A stretch of DNA of 64,000 nucleotides, from positions 1,922,001 through 1,986,000 of the forward strand of contig NC_134035.1 in the NCBI RefSeq assembly GCF_964204645.1, written 5' to 3'. Shown one piece after another: positions 1 through 14,300 of the stretch. The stretch is from Tubulanus polymorphus (lineage: Eukaryota > Animalia > Nemertea). Numbering within the stretch: the first letter of the stretch is position 1; every line of letters begins with the position of its first letter. The notes below the pieces were generated by a model. It saw nothing but the letters and a program-made list of their open reading frames with translations, searched no databases and had not been told where the DNA came from. Position numbers and translations under genes: made by a program.

Positions 1-2251
1 AACTGAGTCCAGGGCTATAACGGCGCTATAGTCGAATCGTGTTTACTTTTCATGTAGTTTTTTTTTAAAACAATTATGTTCATTGCGTACTGTGTTAATC
101 GATATAACTGCACTCAGTTATTTCCGTTAAATGTCATAAGTGTCGTCGAATATAGTTTACAGAGCTTTCATTGCGTGAAATCAGAGTCGCACGTACCATG
201 GTAGGTACATTATTCTGAAAACAATCGGAATCTGTTTCAAAACGCTTTCAAAATTCGATCCGTTCTTTGCTGACGGGTTTTTATTTTCTAAACTCATCGA
301 ATGACATCGATTCGATTCTTGCTCGGGTCGTTAGCCGTACAATGCTGATAATTTGTCACAGTGCTGGAGGGTGAAGGGAAAATGTTAAAGGTATAATATC
401 TCTATAGCCTTTTCACTATTTGTTGACCGCGTTATTCATTCAATGATTACCATAATGAAATTAGGATGTAATTAGGCCTACGGCCGAACAACTAATCAAT
501 CTAACAACTAATCAATCTATCTATATACTGGTAATGGATACATTTCAATTCACCGCTCTAGTAGTTCTCTGATTTATTGCGATGTGAGCTTTTTACTGAA
601 CGATCGAAACGCGATAAATCTGTGCTCGTGGTCATCAACTTTTTCCGGTGAAGCCCAAACTCATTTTAATGATTTTCTGACAAATATGACTGTTAAAACC
701 GATAGTTCATTAAATCTAGCTGCTTTATAAGTCGAATTTAAACTCGCTAATGTAGAACTGGGTCCAAATATTTTTCATTTGGGTTAAAAGTTAAAAGGTT
801 CCAAGAAATAACAAAAATATTTTTTTTATGTGGAAAGTGTGCGACCCCTGTAACACTACTTCGCTGATAGTGACACATCACGAACACCTGGACACCAGAG
901 TTCAGCATTCGGCATTGTTATTAGCACACGCACAGCACAGTGTATTATCATATCACAATGTACACAGAGAATACATTTATAATGCAAAAATTAAAAGATG
1001 GCGATCATCAGTTTATTTAGGAAATGTAGGTTATTACGATTGCGTTGGAATACATTGTACATAGCCTGTATATAGCGCGTACGTCGATGTTCCTGGATGT
1101 TATCTAAAAAAAGCCGTGTAGAAGTGCCTTGTAAACTTCCGGTTTGATGTTATTATGGAGAATGGTGGCAATGATTTCAGGTTAGAGCGAGGAGGTTTTC
1201 GATGATGTGTGTTCTTAAAAAACTCGGGATATTTTGACGAAACGCGGCGACGATTTCGGGATATCAATGACATTAATCGTTGGGTGCATATTGAATAAAG
1301 CACCTGGAGCTGTAGTTGTAGTATTAGATAGGTTAACATCGACACCGAATCAATATGTTATATACCGCCGCGATATAACACAACTACATTTCTAGTATCG
1401 TTTTTAGTAAGGTATATAGGTAATGTTTGGACATGGATTGTCACCGTTTTTGAGTCCGTGGTGTTCGAACGTAAAGCTATGTCACGTTCTAATTGTAGCT
1501 CATCCGGCGTATTAGTTTGTCGAAGAGAGATTTAGGGGCTTATTTTTAAACATAAAATCCTGCAATTGCCGAATGACTTTAAAAGGTAAAATTCGAAAAT
1601 ATTCGAAGTTCCTACCATCATTCTTTAGTTTATGATGATATGACTCTTAAGACTGATATATCATTCGCAACTGAAGAAGGGTAAATTGTAAGTTAGCCGA
1701 AATTTTTCAAAAAGTTTTGAAAAATAAGTCATTCAACAATTGTGGGATTTTACGGTTATCGTTTTATCACTGATATTGTGATCTACACTGATTCTGATCA
1801 GGCGTTATTCGTCGCGAAGACTTTATCCACCGTAGAGACTCCAGATCATAACTTAGCAAATGTGGAAACAGTTGTTCTCTATGGGCGATATATTATAATA
1901 GTAAGTGCGCCCGTCTGCTGCTGCGGTGATGTTCAGTATAGTTTAGTTCTATTGTTATTTTAAACCCGTAGACAACGGTTTCGTAGAGAGATCAACATTC
2001 AGTTCTCGTAGCTCCATTTGAAAAAAAAACAATGTTTCAACAATGGTGGAGACAAAGAATTATGAGCGGATTTTCATTCAGTTCTAGAAGAGGTACGTCG
2101 ATTTCGTTTTCGGTATAAGGCGGTACAACTTCACTTTCGACCTTCCTGTCCCCGTGGTTACAGGGCCCTTCGCTGCTGCTGCTACGAGCGGCATTTCTAT
2201 CGGTCCTTAATTTGATTGGTTGTATACTCCGGTGATGGTTCGACCCGTTTG

Positions 2252-2596
2252 CAGGGTTCATAGCAGTCGTTGAAGGTCCTTAAATGTTTTGAAATCCGAA
2301 TGGGTCAATTCAAGGCCTTGAGTATCATGGAATGGGCTCTAAAATCCTAAAATCATTGTCATGGTCCTTGAATGTCATCAGTCATTAGTTATTATCTGCA
2401 GATCCAAGATACAGGGTTCACTGTTACAGCTCTTAACATCTACAGTTTATAAAAATGCCTGGAAGATTTAGATTTCAGGATTCCTGGCTTTATAAGCGCG
2501 ACGATTGTAAGGCCTGCATGACAATTATGAATAAGTCCTGGGAAATCCGGAGTCAAAAAGTCGTTGAATGTTTGGTCATGGACACTATGAACCCTG
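2252..2596. mobile_element. Non-autonomous TIR element (TIR CAGGGTTCATAG); second copy about 21648-21908
   Basis: Inverted termini cagggttcatag/ctatgaaccctg. Internal sequence is shared with the 21.6-21.9-kb copy. Confidence 0.75.
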
Positions 2597-5150
2597 CAAT
2601 ATATTGCCAGGTGAATGGAAAAAACAAAACGCGAAATAAGCTTATGTTTATTGCGTAAAACAAGGTCGCTGTTCTGTTTTCTTTCTTTAAAAAGGATATT
2701 GTTTAGGTTGTAGAGTGATGTAGGGTGAATTGTGTAAGAATTCTTGCTGCTAATGGGCTGATGTTGTAAGAGGGTTGAATTGTTGAACCTCCGTGTCTGT
2801 TTGTAAATCTGCTCTGATCCATTACGAATCTCTAAGGAGACTCGATATCGATTTAGTGTCGAATGATTCAACTCTCCCACGACCGCCTCCACACGCGATG
2901 CTCATCGACTGCTGCTACTGCTGCTGCTGCTTATGATGGATGGAAAGGCAATAAAATCGACCGGCTAGCTAATTCTGATGTTGTTATATAACCTTGATTA
3001 AGGACAAGGTCATGCCAGTCGCTTTATGATAATGTTGTAAATTCCGAGGGAATCATCGGGTGATTCATTAATGGGGCTGAAAGTTGATTTGAATCATCTT
3101 ACATAATTTCTTGAATTGTTGTATAGGGAATTGAGTACGCGGCCCTCAGGGGAATCAATTATCCCTGTTCCCCTATTAGCCGTATAGATACCAGTTATTG
3201 TGTGTTTAAACTGTGTACAGGGTCCCTATGATTCCTTGATTCCTTAAAAATTCTTTTTTAATGGAAAAAGCTGTTACAGGCGGTTGAAACTCCTTTAATT
3301 TTGAACAAATTGCTTGAAACTCCTTTAAAATTCCTTCAATTTTGAAAAATAGGCAATTAGAAATGTTTAGTAAACTACACCTAAATTGATAGTCAGGACG
3401 AGGTGTTTGTGTCAGTATTTTCAGATTTCAGTATGATTCTAGGAATTAGGGAACATATGTATCAGTTCATAACTGTCGCGCTTATAGCTACACCAGGGGG
3501 TGGATTCAGTGGCCAGTTTTGAAGAATTTATCACATCTCATAAAGGTACTTCGATGCCCAAAAAGGCAATATTAGGGGTATTAAGTATTTGACATATACG
3601 GATAATGCAGATCTCACTGGAACAATGTTGTTTGTGTTTGAGCTCTACGTCTGCTGCTAGTAATATTTACTCTCAGTCTTCTGAACAGCTGTTTAATTCA
3701 CCGGGGCAACCTTTATATATCCTCCACGGTATCATAAGCGTCTAAATCTTATTTCCACGAAGCTTGTGCGTCCTCGCTTATCTCTACATTGCTGGCACTC
3801 ACCAGATGGCGCCACAATACACTGGGTCATTCGTCGTGTAAATCCTAAGCCAAATTTTAGTGCGGCCACATTTGACTCTGATTTGATACGGGCCAAATCA
3901 TCTAGTTGAAGCAAGGACGACTCGAGTAACTACTAACGACACCTGGTCGATCCTCGCTTGCCTCAGTATGTTTGTCTAACGGAAGCCCATTGAAAAACAT
4001 ATTAATTTCATCGTCATCAATTCTAAATTGAATTTTCGCGTGTATAAACGGATAACATCTGTTGTAAAGACAAACACACTGATCCGCTGCTTCTACTGCT
4101 GGCTGATTTTATAAACGTTGTTGAATTCTCTGTGTTCCGTTGAAATAATCACTCGCCGGCGCTTGGTGACAGCCGGTCTGATCATCGGGGCGATCAATCG
4201 GGCGCCCTGCGTGTGTGCGCGGCTGTTGTTTATATCAGAGATATCGATTTCGATGATCCGGGCTTCTATATACACGTCTGTAATACACGACAGTACACTA
4301 ACACCACGACGTATACCGACAGAGCTTTCTTCGATCAACAAATTCCGCAACGCGTTGGATTTTAGTTTCGTTTTTCGATTATGAAGAAATTTCGTGTTCG
4401 GTCGAGATCGTCGAATGACGCTCGTTAAGGGTTTCGGCAAATGACAATCTTAACATCAGTGAAAACATTAATACTATATGGAATGGGACAGGCGTTTAGA
4501 TCATTTGCAATTTCGCCACTTATCGATTTGAAGAGTTAAACAAAGGCTACGCCGACAATTATATATATATATATATATATTTCATTAGCTGCGATTATGA
4601 TGAACATCATGGCTTCATTTGGTAGGACTTGATTCTGATCGGATTTTGTTTTCCCCTAGAGAGATTGGTGACGGGTCAGTTGTTATAGGACGCGGTGTAT
4701 GAGGCTGTTCATAATAGCGTTATATAATTCCAAGGCTATACAAATAATGGAAAAATACTGGAGTAATCCGATTTTAGCATCTTCATGTAAAAAACTGGTT
4801 GATTTATGAAAAAAGGGATAAATCTTTTTAAAGCTAAGCTCCGGTCGACTTAAGACCCGATCATCTCGAAGGATCGGTCTGCAATTTTTCATCAGGAACC
4901 TTTTCAACATGAGTTTCCACAATTTTATGGCAGACCCGTCGTAGCCAAGCCGCAAGGATAGAACAAGTTATGCATTATATTATTGTTATGTTTGAGTTAT
5001 GCATCACATGACCATAAGACTCTGCGATAATCGAGGCACATTCGACCTGAGCTTAGCTTAAAACATAAAAACCCATGAGAAAATGTGGTGTTCGATATTG
5101 AATTTCCTATCTCATATAAATAATCTCATTTTTTGTTTGATATTTTGTAG

Positions 5151-5335
5151 TGAAAGCGACGAGTATATTGTGTCTGCTCGGATTCGGGATCGGTTTCGGT
5201 TCGGTGTTGTTGTATAAGATCTACGCGAGGTTCGTGTCGCGGTATCCACAGCTCACGCAGACGGCGTCCAGTCAAACGACTTCTCATCCGCGTAAACGTC
5301 AACACTCAACGTCAAATGCCAGAAAAGTCACTTGT
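5151..5335 (+). CDS. OTULIN-like gene exon with predicted transmembrane/signal-anchor segment
   Basis: Acceptor tattttgtag, donor gtaagt at 5336. Encodes KATSILCLLGFGIGFGSVLLYKIYARF. Ends in phase 0 and joins 6177 in frame. Confidence 0.65.
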
Positions 5336-8300
5336 GTAAGTATCGCAGCGAACAGACGTCGTTCAGAATTGAATATTGCGGCTGAAAGTCTGGGGCCAGT
5401 TGCATAGTCATGGCTTAGACTTAAGACCAGTCTAAGACAAACTTAGCTCTATAGCTAATCTAACAACTTAAGACCAGTCTTAAGATTTAAGACCACTTTT
5501 GGACTTAAGTCACGACTGTGCAACTGGCCCCTGGGGCTGGTTCCTCAGTTGAGACTTCAGTCCAAAAATGGTCTTAAATTTCAAGACTGGTCTTCAGTTG
5601 TTAGATTGGTTATAGAACTAAGATGGTCTTAGATTGGTCTTAAGTCTAAGCCATGACTATGGAACTGGGCCCTGGTGTCCTGAATGAACAAATTCGGTAT
5701 TGAATTGAAGAATTCCTACCAAAATCATTTTCAGATGCCAGTGTTCTCCACAACAGGTTTTACAGGCCACCCCTTTCATTATTACATTTACCTCTTTGAG
5801 AATCAGCCGCCCCTTATAAACTATATCGACTAGTTACCGCCCTGATTATCTACGAGTTGAATGAGTCATTTAGGCTAAAAAAAGATACTTTGTTACTCAC
5901 TTCTACTCAGCCAGGTCATTCTCTAAACTGCAATGAAATTTGTAATCAGTTCATTTCTAAAAACTGCCGGGTTTGTTATGGTTTAGTTTGATCATGATTT
6001 TAAAAAAAGTAGTAGTCAGGTGGCCGACTGAGTGAACTTTGATAAAGCTGAGCAGAAATGAGAAACAAATAACAAGGCATCAATTTTACATGTATACAGT
6101 GTATATGAGTTGAGGAGTCCTACTGAATATTTGAATTAACGATGGTTTGATTGCGTTGTCTTTGTCTTTACTCTAGAATCCCTCATCTGATTCCGATGAA
6201 GAAGACAGTGACGACGACAACGGCAACAAACGTACGTCGTGTCTGATCGACAATAAGACAATGGGCAATACCGGTTCGGTAACCGGCGACGACGCCACCG
6301 TTTACTACAGCGCGTGTCGCAACGGTGTATCGTTCGCTAACTATCCCGGCAACAACGACTGGGCGAGCGGCGCTTCGAATATCCACCCGCAGGTGGCGCC
6401 GGTCGATATACCGGCGTCGCCGATGCAGCGTCATTTACACCAACGCAAACTGAGTCGCGGTCAGAAAACGACCGCGACGAACGACTCTAAATCCGTTCTT
6501 CCGACGACCGGCGATAGCCTTGTAAATAATATTTATGCAAATATCGAAGCGTCGAAACGAGATCGCAGCATATCAGACGTGCAGGATCGATTACAGGCCG
6601 AGCAGGAGCAGCTGACGGATCGCAGTCCGAAGGAAGGATCGCCCGGCGCTTGCTCGAACGATTCGGTGAAAATAACGAATTTCGACGAGGTTTCGTTGTT
6701 GGAACGAACGACGGCCGTGTCGCGACGACGCCGTTCGAGTCCGGCCGATCGGTCGTCGCGATCGCAACGTAACTCGGTCGAGTTCGAGAGTTTGTGTCAG
6801 AAACGCGACAATCCGCCGGCGCATTGCGTCAGCGACGGCGACCTGTTACCGGATGCGCACGGAAATCTGAAAGACCCGGCCGATCACGCGCCGCCGTGGC
6901 TCGGAGGGGGCGCCGCGAACGTCGATATCTCGGAGGTGAGTTCGCCGGATTACGATCCTCCGGGCGGCGGTAGCGCGCGTCCGCGTCTGCCGAGTGGAAA
7001 CGCGTCGGACATCGGCGACATATTCAACGCGTCGTTTCGTCGGTTGAATTTCCGACGCGAGGCGCACTCGGTCGACGCCGGCCTGTACGCGTCGACGTCG
7101 CCGGAGAAAGACGCCATCTTCGAAAGCGCCACGGCGACCGAAACGAGCACGATACGAACGGTTTTACAATTCGATAAACTCGAAGGCGACATCGATAATC
7201 TGAAAGCCGATATGAACGTGATATTCGCGCGTATTCACCAGCTGTCGAAGGGCTCCGAACCGTCGGACACCGACTCGTCGGATTTTGACCTGGAAGCGTA
7301 TCGTAACCGCGAGGTGTCGCGCGCGATGAACGTATTGTTGAAGTATCGTCGTAGCAGCGTCGACGCGACCAGTTTAAAATCGTCCGAGTCGGATTCGGAG
7401 ACGAACAGCCGCGTTGGGTCGCCGGCCGAGAAACGACGCGCGTCGTCGCCGTGGTTATCGCCCGTCGAGACGAGGCGTTGTTATTATCGGAGCAGTCCTC
7501 CTCCCGCGCGCGCGAGCGTAACTCCGGAACGCGGAGTACGGGAAGAGGACGACTCCGCGAGACGATCGTCGGACTCGTCGGATAAATCGGAGTTATCGTT
7601 ACCGATATCGAAGCCGTTGACGCTCGACGATACGATGTTTATACACGGCGCGCGGTGTATCCCCAGAACGGAGCTCCTAGTCGTCGACGACGATGAGGAC
7701 GACTCGGTGACCGCGACGGACGACCTGACGAATCTAAGCGGCGTTCATGACGTTTCTAGTCAGGCTTCATCGTCGACGTCGACGCCTGATTCCGATATGT
7801 CTAGTTTATATTCTCCAGTCGGAACTCTCGCGTATTTGCCGTCTGTACCCGAACATACTGTGATAATGAACTGTGATGATAATGGTAACAGCGGCGGAAA
7901 CAGCAGCAGCAGCAGCAGCTCAGGTAAATCCATCTTTGAGTTTTATGCGTTTTATGTTGCACTTATTTTGACCCGTCCCCCCCCCCCCCCCGAAGCTGTC
8001 TCGATGTTGTTTCATCTTTTCTTTCGTTACAATTTGCTTAGTCAGTGTTTTCCGTTCGATGTTCTTCCTGTTAAAACGTAGACAAACAGATATTCTGATC
8101 CTCTCCAGGTTATATATTTCACTTATTTAGAAATGAACCGTGGTGAAACGTTTTTAATAGTCGACCCCGGGTAAAGAGTTCAAATATTTTAGTAAAGAGA
8201 AGAAACAGTTTGATTATTTCATATATATTTTATTCCGTCAAACCCGAAAATATTAAACGGGGTTAAATACATTAAATATATGTGAAAAAATGAAACCGTT

Positions 8301-11300
8301 CTTCTAAGGATATATTTAAAAAATCCCTGAGCGCTGATCGGGGTTTTACTGCACGGGGAATTAGCGAGCTCGATTGAACGGTGAAAGAAAAACCGTCTAT
8401 ATCAAAAACTATTTACGGAAAAAGTGCCCGAGTTGCATAATATAGGAATGATGTAAATCTCATATGACACTGTACTCTGTATGTGCGTGTGTGTACATGG
8501 AGTTTTTTATTTGTTCGTACATAGCTTAGAAATTACCTATAATCATAGAACAGACATTTATTCATATATATATCGATCAAGCATGACGTATTATAGTACA
8601 GTAGACTCTGTTTTACTCAGTAGTGTGTTAAACCGTGGACACACTAGCCGATCATCCCCGGCAAGTGAACCTGCACTGAACTGAACAGTCCCCCAAATCA
8701 CTTAGAGTTTAGAATAAGAGGAAAATTATTGTAATTGCTACCAACTAAACAGTTTCGCCAACTAACCTGGGGCCAGTTGCACAGTCGTGACTTAAGTCCA
8801 AAAGTGGTCTTAAATCTTAAAACTGGTCTTAAATTGTTAGATTGGCTATAGAACAAAGTTTGTCATAGACTGGTCTTAAGTCTAAGCCATAACTATGCAA
8901 CCGGCCCCCGCACCTCAGAGTAAAGAGCAGTCTACTGTCAAAATGCATGGATGATTTCATGTATGTTTCTCCGCTCACAAATTTCGTAGTCATTATTTCA
9001 ATACGCGTTTCAAATGTTTCGGTAGATATTGTCGTATTGGAATTATCGGACGCCAGCGATTAGAAATAAGAAAAACTATTGCTGTACCATGTATTATTGG
9101 TATCATGGGATTTCTAATATCATCATTTCATTATAAGGATATAATGTGTTGAATGCCCAGTCCTCAAACTTTAATCTAAACACCTTAAAAAACCGTTGCA
9201 ATATTTGTTTTTGTATTGTGAATTCGTGTGCACTTGTATCGATTTGATTCTAGGGTGGTGATCACTTCTGTATTTGAGCTCAGTTTAAAACTTTGTCTAC
9301 GTAAGAAAAATTCGAAAACTTTGCAAAAGATTTTAGAATCGGTTCAAGCCTAACATCAAGAATGCCAACCACTTACGCGGCTTGATAACCAGATTTCTAA
9401 GCCTGGTCCAAGTGTAGAATACCGGATGATAGTGCTATGGTTTAGGAACATATTCGATACGTTGTTAGTGAACTGGATTCTAGACTTGGGCCCCAAAACT
9501 AATCTCTTAACTCCTGCATTAAACGGGGCCAAGTTCATGAGAGTCTGCTATAGTTATGAAGAAGCTTTTCACCAACTAGACTCAGCAATTTTTTAAACAG
9601 CTTGGCTCAGCAAGCTTTTGACCAACTAGACTCTGCAAGTTTTTAACCAGCTTGGCTCAGCAAGCTTTCATAAATTAGGCCTCAGATTTCAAAAGTTTAG
9701 CAGCCAAACGGTTTAATATTTTTGATCTGCTATTTCATTTTAAACTGTTATTTATATCAATAACATTGTGTAGACAACATTTTTAAGCCGAGGCACTATT
9801 TTTCTCCAGCTCGGGTGCCGTTTCTGAAACACTATTATTTCCCCCCAGCTCGGGTGCCGTCTGTCGTCCGTCCACCTTTCTAACCGAACACGAACTATTT
9901 TTTATAGGTATCGACAATTTTTGCGCGGCGGATAACGTCGGCACGACGCGTGATGTGTATAGCTACGCCGAGGCGTTGCCGACGACGACCGTCGCTAGTA
10001 GTCGTACTAGCACCGCTGATGTCGACACGATACGCCAGGTAAAAACAACGACCAGAACGTGGCGCCATCTATATATATATATATATATAACGAGCCATCT
10101 TTTAATGTCTAACAACAACAGTTGCATTATGTGCACTTCGTCTTCTGAACATTTTTAAAGGATTAGGTGCATTTAATTGGAACAGACTTTATTGATAATT
10201 TAATCAACATTTTCTTCAGCATGACTGCATGTTTTTACCGTTAAAACCCTTTCTCTGTTAGACCCTGCTGACTCTACACAGTTGCACAGTCTTGAGACCA
10301 ACTTGATTTACAAAAACGGTTTAAAATCGCTATGGTCTAAATGCCCTGGGGCCGGTTCCACAGTTAAGACTTAAGTCCATAAGTGGGCTTAAGTCTTAAG
10401 ATTGGCTATAGAACTAACATGGTCATAAGTCTAAGCCAAGACTATGGAACCGGCCCCTGAGAGCTTAGAATGGTCTTAATTCTATTAGTTCAGATTGTGC
10501 AACTGGGCCCAATCAACTATTTATATCATCAATTCATACTATATCATAGAAATACAGTTACAGCATGTATGCATATTGGCCACATAGCATAGGATATATT
10601 TCTTAGCACACCTCCTCAAACCTGACCGATGTCTTGTGACCGGGTATTGTAGGGTATCGCAGTTAAAGGGTTAACGCGCAGTTACTATACGTTCCATACT
10701 GTATATATATATTGTGTTGATTGTTTCTATAGAGATCGTTCACGGAAGGGTCGTTCTTCATCGAAAACAGTCTGATCGCTCGCAAGAAACGAATTCTCTC
10801 AGCGCTAAACTTATACGCGAAGCCTGTAAGCGCCCCGACACGAACTCAAATACAGAGCTGCCAAAATTTCCCCTGATTTTCTATATTTTTGTTTCCCCGA
10901 GCAATACCGATAGATACGGATAAATATGAATGGTATTACTGAGGGTTTATCCCTCTTTGATAGTGATTAGGTGCTGCATTTGCTCCAAAAGTTGGTTCAA
11001 GATAATTGGCGAATAATAGCGTAGAATTTTAATGACATTTTAATTGTCACTATGTCTATTATCCACTGCTTAACTCAAACGAACTTTTGAGAAACTGTAG
11101 ACATTTCCTTTAGTATTTCAATTCAACGTTAGCCTGGGATGATAGCTCGTTGGCAGCCCTGTATATAATACACTATTCGATATACATGTCGTATGAAAAA
11201 GCAATCAGAATTTGTAATTCAATCCATGCAATCGATGAAACGCCCGTCTGCGGCTCTCGTAGATGATTCTTTAATAACGGTCGATTATTACCAATATCTT

Positions 11301-14300
11301 GATAATTCATCGCTTAACATAATGTAACAATATTCATGTATCCCTGATTCAGTATCTTACAACATAACCAGTCTACTATGTTTTGCTTTCTCTTTCTCTA
11401 AGCGGTGGAAGGAAATATCAATCGCTTTTATTTCAGCTTCGCTTTTCGTTCTTGCAAAATCTTCTTCTTTGCGCTTCATTAATTTCATCGCTCGAATAAA
11501 CCGTGGGCCCCCGCTCCACAGTGGAGACTTAAGTACTTAAGTTGTCTTCAATCTTAAGACTGGTCGTAAGTTGTAGATTGTCTATAGAACTAAGATGCTC
11601 TTAGACTGGTCTTAAGTTGAAGTAGATTGGCTATAGAACGAAGACTAGTCTTAACCCTTTCAGTGCGTCTACACCGCAGTGCGGTGTATAAATCTGATGG
11701 ATTTTGCTAGTACACCGCACTGCGGTATATTGATGTAATTAGTAATTTGTAATTATCTCTATTGAAAAATGGTAGAAAGTGTCAAACATAGTGAAATATT
11801 AGTAACTAACGATACACCGCACTGCGGTGTAGACGCACTATAGTGGTATTCCCATTGTTCAACACACTAGGGTGGAATTTTTTAGAATTTTCAAATTTTC
11901 TCCAGCACTATAGGGTATTAATTAGTCAGCACTGAAAGGGTTAAGTTGTTAGATTGACTATAGTTACTAAGTTGGTCTTCAGCGATGACTATGGAACTGG
12001 CCCCTGATCATCTTTGTTACCCTACTGTGCGTTATATGTATAAAATCTGTTATCGCTTCATGTGTGTGAAGTCTCTATCTTCAAATAGAATTGTTTTATA
12101 CACGGGCAGCAGCAGCAGTGTAGAGAGAGATATGTTTTGATCTGTTTTTAGTTCAACGCTGCTCGTTGAAAATACATTTTCTAGTTGCAGCTGTACCAAT
12201 GTCTGCTAACATGTGTGTATTTAGCTCGGTAGTTTCTTGTATGCCTTGTTGAAACCCCTCGATTATAATAACGACTGTAGACCCTGGATTCCTCAATTGC
12301 AGTGAATATCGATTATATCGAAACGATCGGGAACCGCGGATGAAAATTAATACCATCGCAATAATCTATCTTCAAACTAATAAACCGTTAAAAAGATGAT
12401 AGATGTGAGAGCTTGGAGAACTCGGTGATGAATTGTACAGAATTATGCTGACATTTGAAATTATATTTAAGGATATTAAAAAATGATACCTTGTTTCTCC
12501 TATTCAGCCAGCTTATTCTGTAGACTACAATGAAATTTGTAATCAGTTAATTTCTGTAACTACCGGGTCTGATATTGTTAGCTTGATCATGATGATGTTA
12601 TGTACAGAGCATATAGGCGACCAGCCGGGTCAACTTTTAAGCTCACGGAAATGAGAATCAAGGTATCAACTTTTTTTAGCCTAACTTCATAATGCAAATT
12701 CCAAAGGTTCTATCTAAAAAAGATTTTTGTAATCACCTGAGATAAGCTAACTCCTGCTTAGAATGAATATGACAACCCTGGATGAATCATCCCTTTTATT
12801 TTTTATTATGAATAAATCAAATACTTAGCTTTATTTCATTTCAAAGCTGCTTTGCATTTATTTTAAACCATTTAATGCTTTAATATATTTAAAAAAAAAG
12901 AATAATACCTTGTTTCAGTTCATATCAGTGTTCATTTCTATAACTACCTGGTCTGTTATTGTAAGCTTAATCATGATTTTGAAAAAAGTAATGTACAAGG
13001 TAGATAGATGCCCGGCCGGGTATGAGAAACAAGGTATCAGCTTTTTAGCCTGACTTGGTAATGTTATTAAAATGCAAACAATTCGTATACCTGACAGATA
13101 GCCGTGCTGCTAACTTTTTTAGGTTCTATCTAAAAAATGTTTTAGTTTATCACCTGAAAGCTTGAGCTTACTCCTGCTTAGAATGAAAATGACAGCTCTG
13201 GGTCCAGTTCCACAGTTCTGAGTTAAGATTTGACCCTGGGTTAAAACATTGAAAATGAACTAACTTTAACTCAAAGTTAACTCTAACTCACAACTGTGGG
13301 ACTGGATCCTGATTGATTGTGTAATTGTCAAATGTCTATAAGTTAAATACTTAGCTTTATTCCATTTAAAAGCTGCTTTAAGTTTATTTAAAGTTTATTC
13401 AAAAATGTACATGATATTAAAAGCAAAAATTGAATTTTCAATTAATGCGTAATTTTTTTTTTCTCTGTCGATATTTTCCAGGGCTTCCACGCAATTCTCG
13501 AACATAGTAACTGCCGTTCCATACGCCATATAAATAAGGACAACTATTGCGCGATTCGCGCCGCGCTGTTCCAAGTATTACGTAACAAATTCCCGATCGC
13601 CGGAAATCTAGGACCAATCGACGGTGTCATCCAGGTATGGAGTTTTAACCCTTTCATTCCCAGACAATTGTGTACGCTCTGTACCAGATTATTTTTGATG
13701 ATGCAAGTATGTGGTGACACCTGTACAGCTGGATATGAACTATAATGAAACCAGACAGCTTTTTGCTAATCAATTAACACCTATGTACCATATAGTAGTG
13801 TGCTGCCCTGTACTAGCACCCTATTACAGGTCATCGCAATGGTTAACAATAGGCAAAATTAGTGACCAAGCAAATGGTTGTGAACAGGTTGATTAAACCT
13901 GAGCGCGGTGGAAAAAATTTCATTGTTTGTCATCTGGACGAAAGTCTAATAAGTTAGTTCTCTGATAACACAAGTTCACTTAAGTATAGACGACACCTGC
14001 AGGTATATAGACATACATGTGTGTACCCATGTACGCAATGTTGTTTCATCGGTCGTTTAGATAAATTGAAACATAAGATAAGGTCACAAACCAGGGATAC
14101 GAAGTATACAGTTATTCAAGGGCAAAATATCGGAGATATTGTCTCCTAAGCAGGGTCCCTACAACTCCTTGATTCCTTAAAAACTCCTTCTAATCGGAAA
14201 AAGCTTTTAAAGCTGCTCGAAACTCCTTTAGTTAGAACAAAATGTCAGAAACTCCTTTAAAACTATTTCTATTTTGAGAAATAGGCAATTTGAAATTTAC

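Noticed and set aside
6261-8081. 606-aa ORF as a standalone gene
   Set aside because: It is an internal exon. A donor at 7924 joins the OTU exons in frame, and the ORF tail is intronic.
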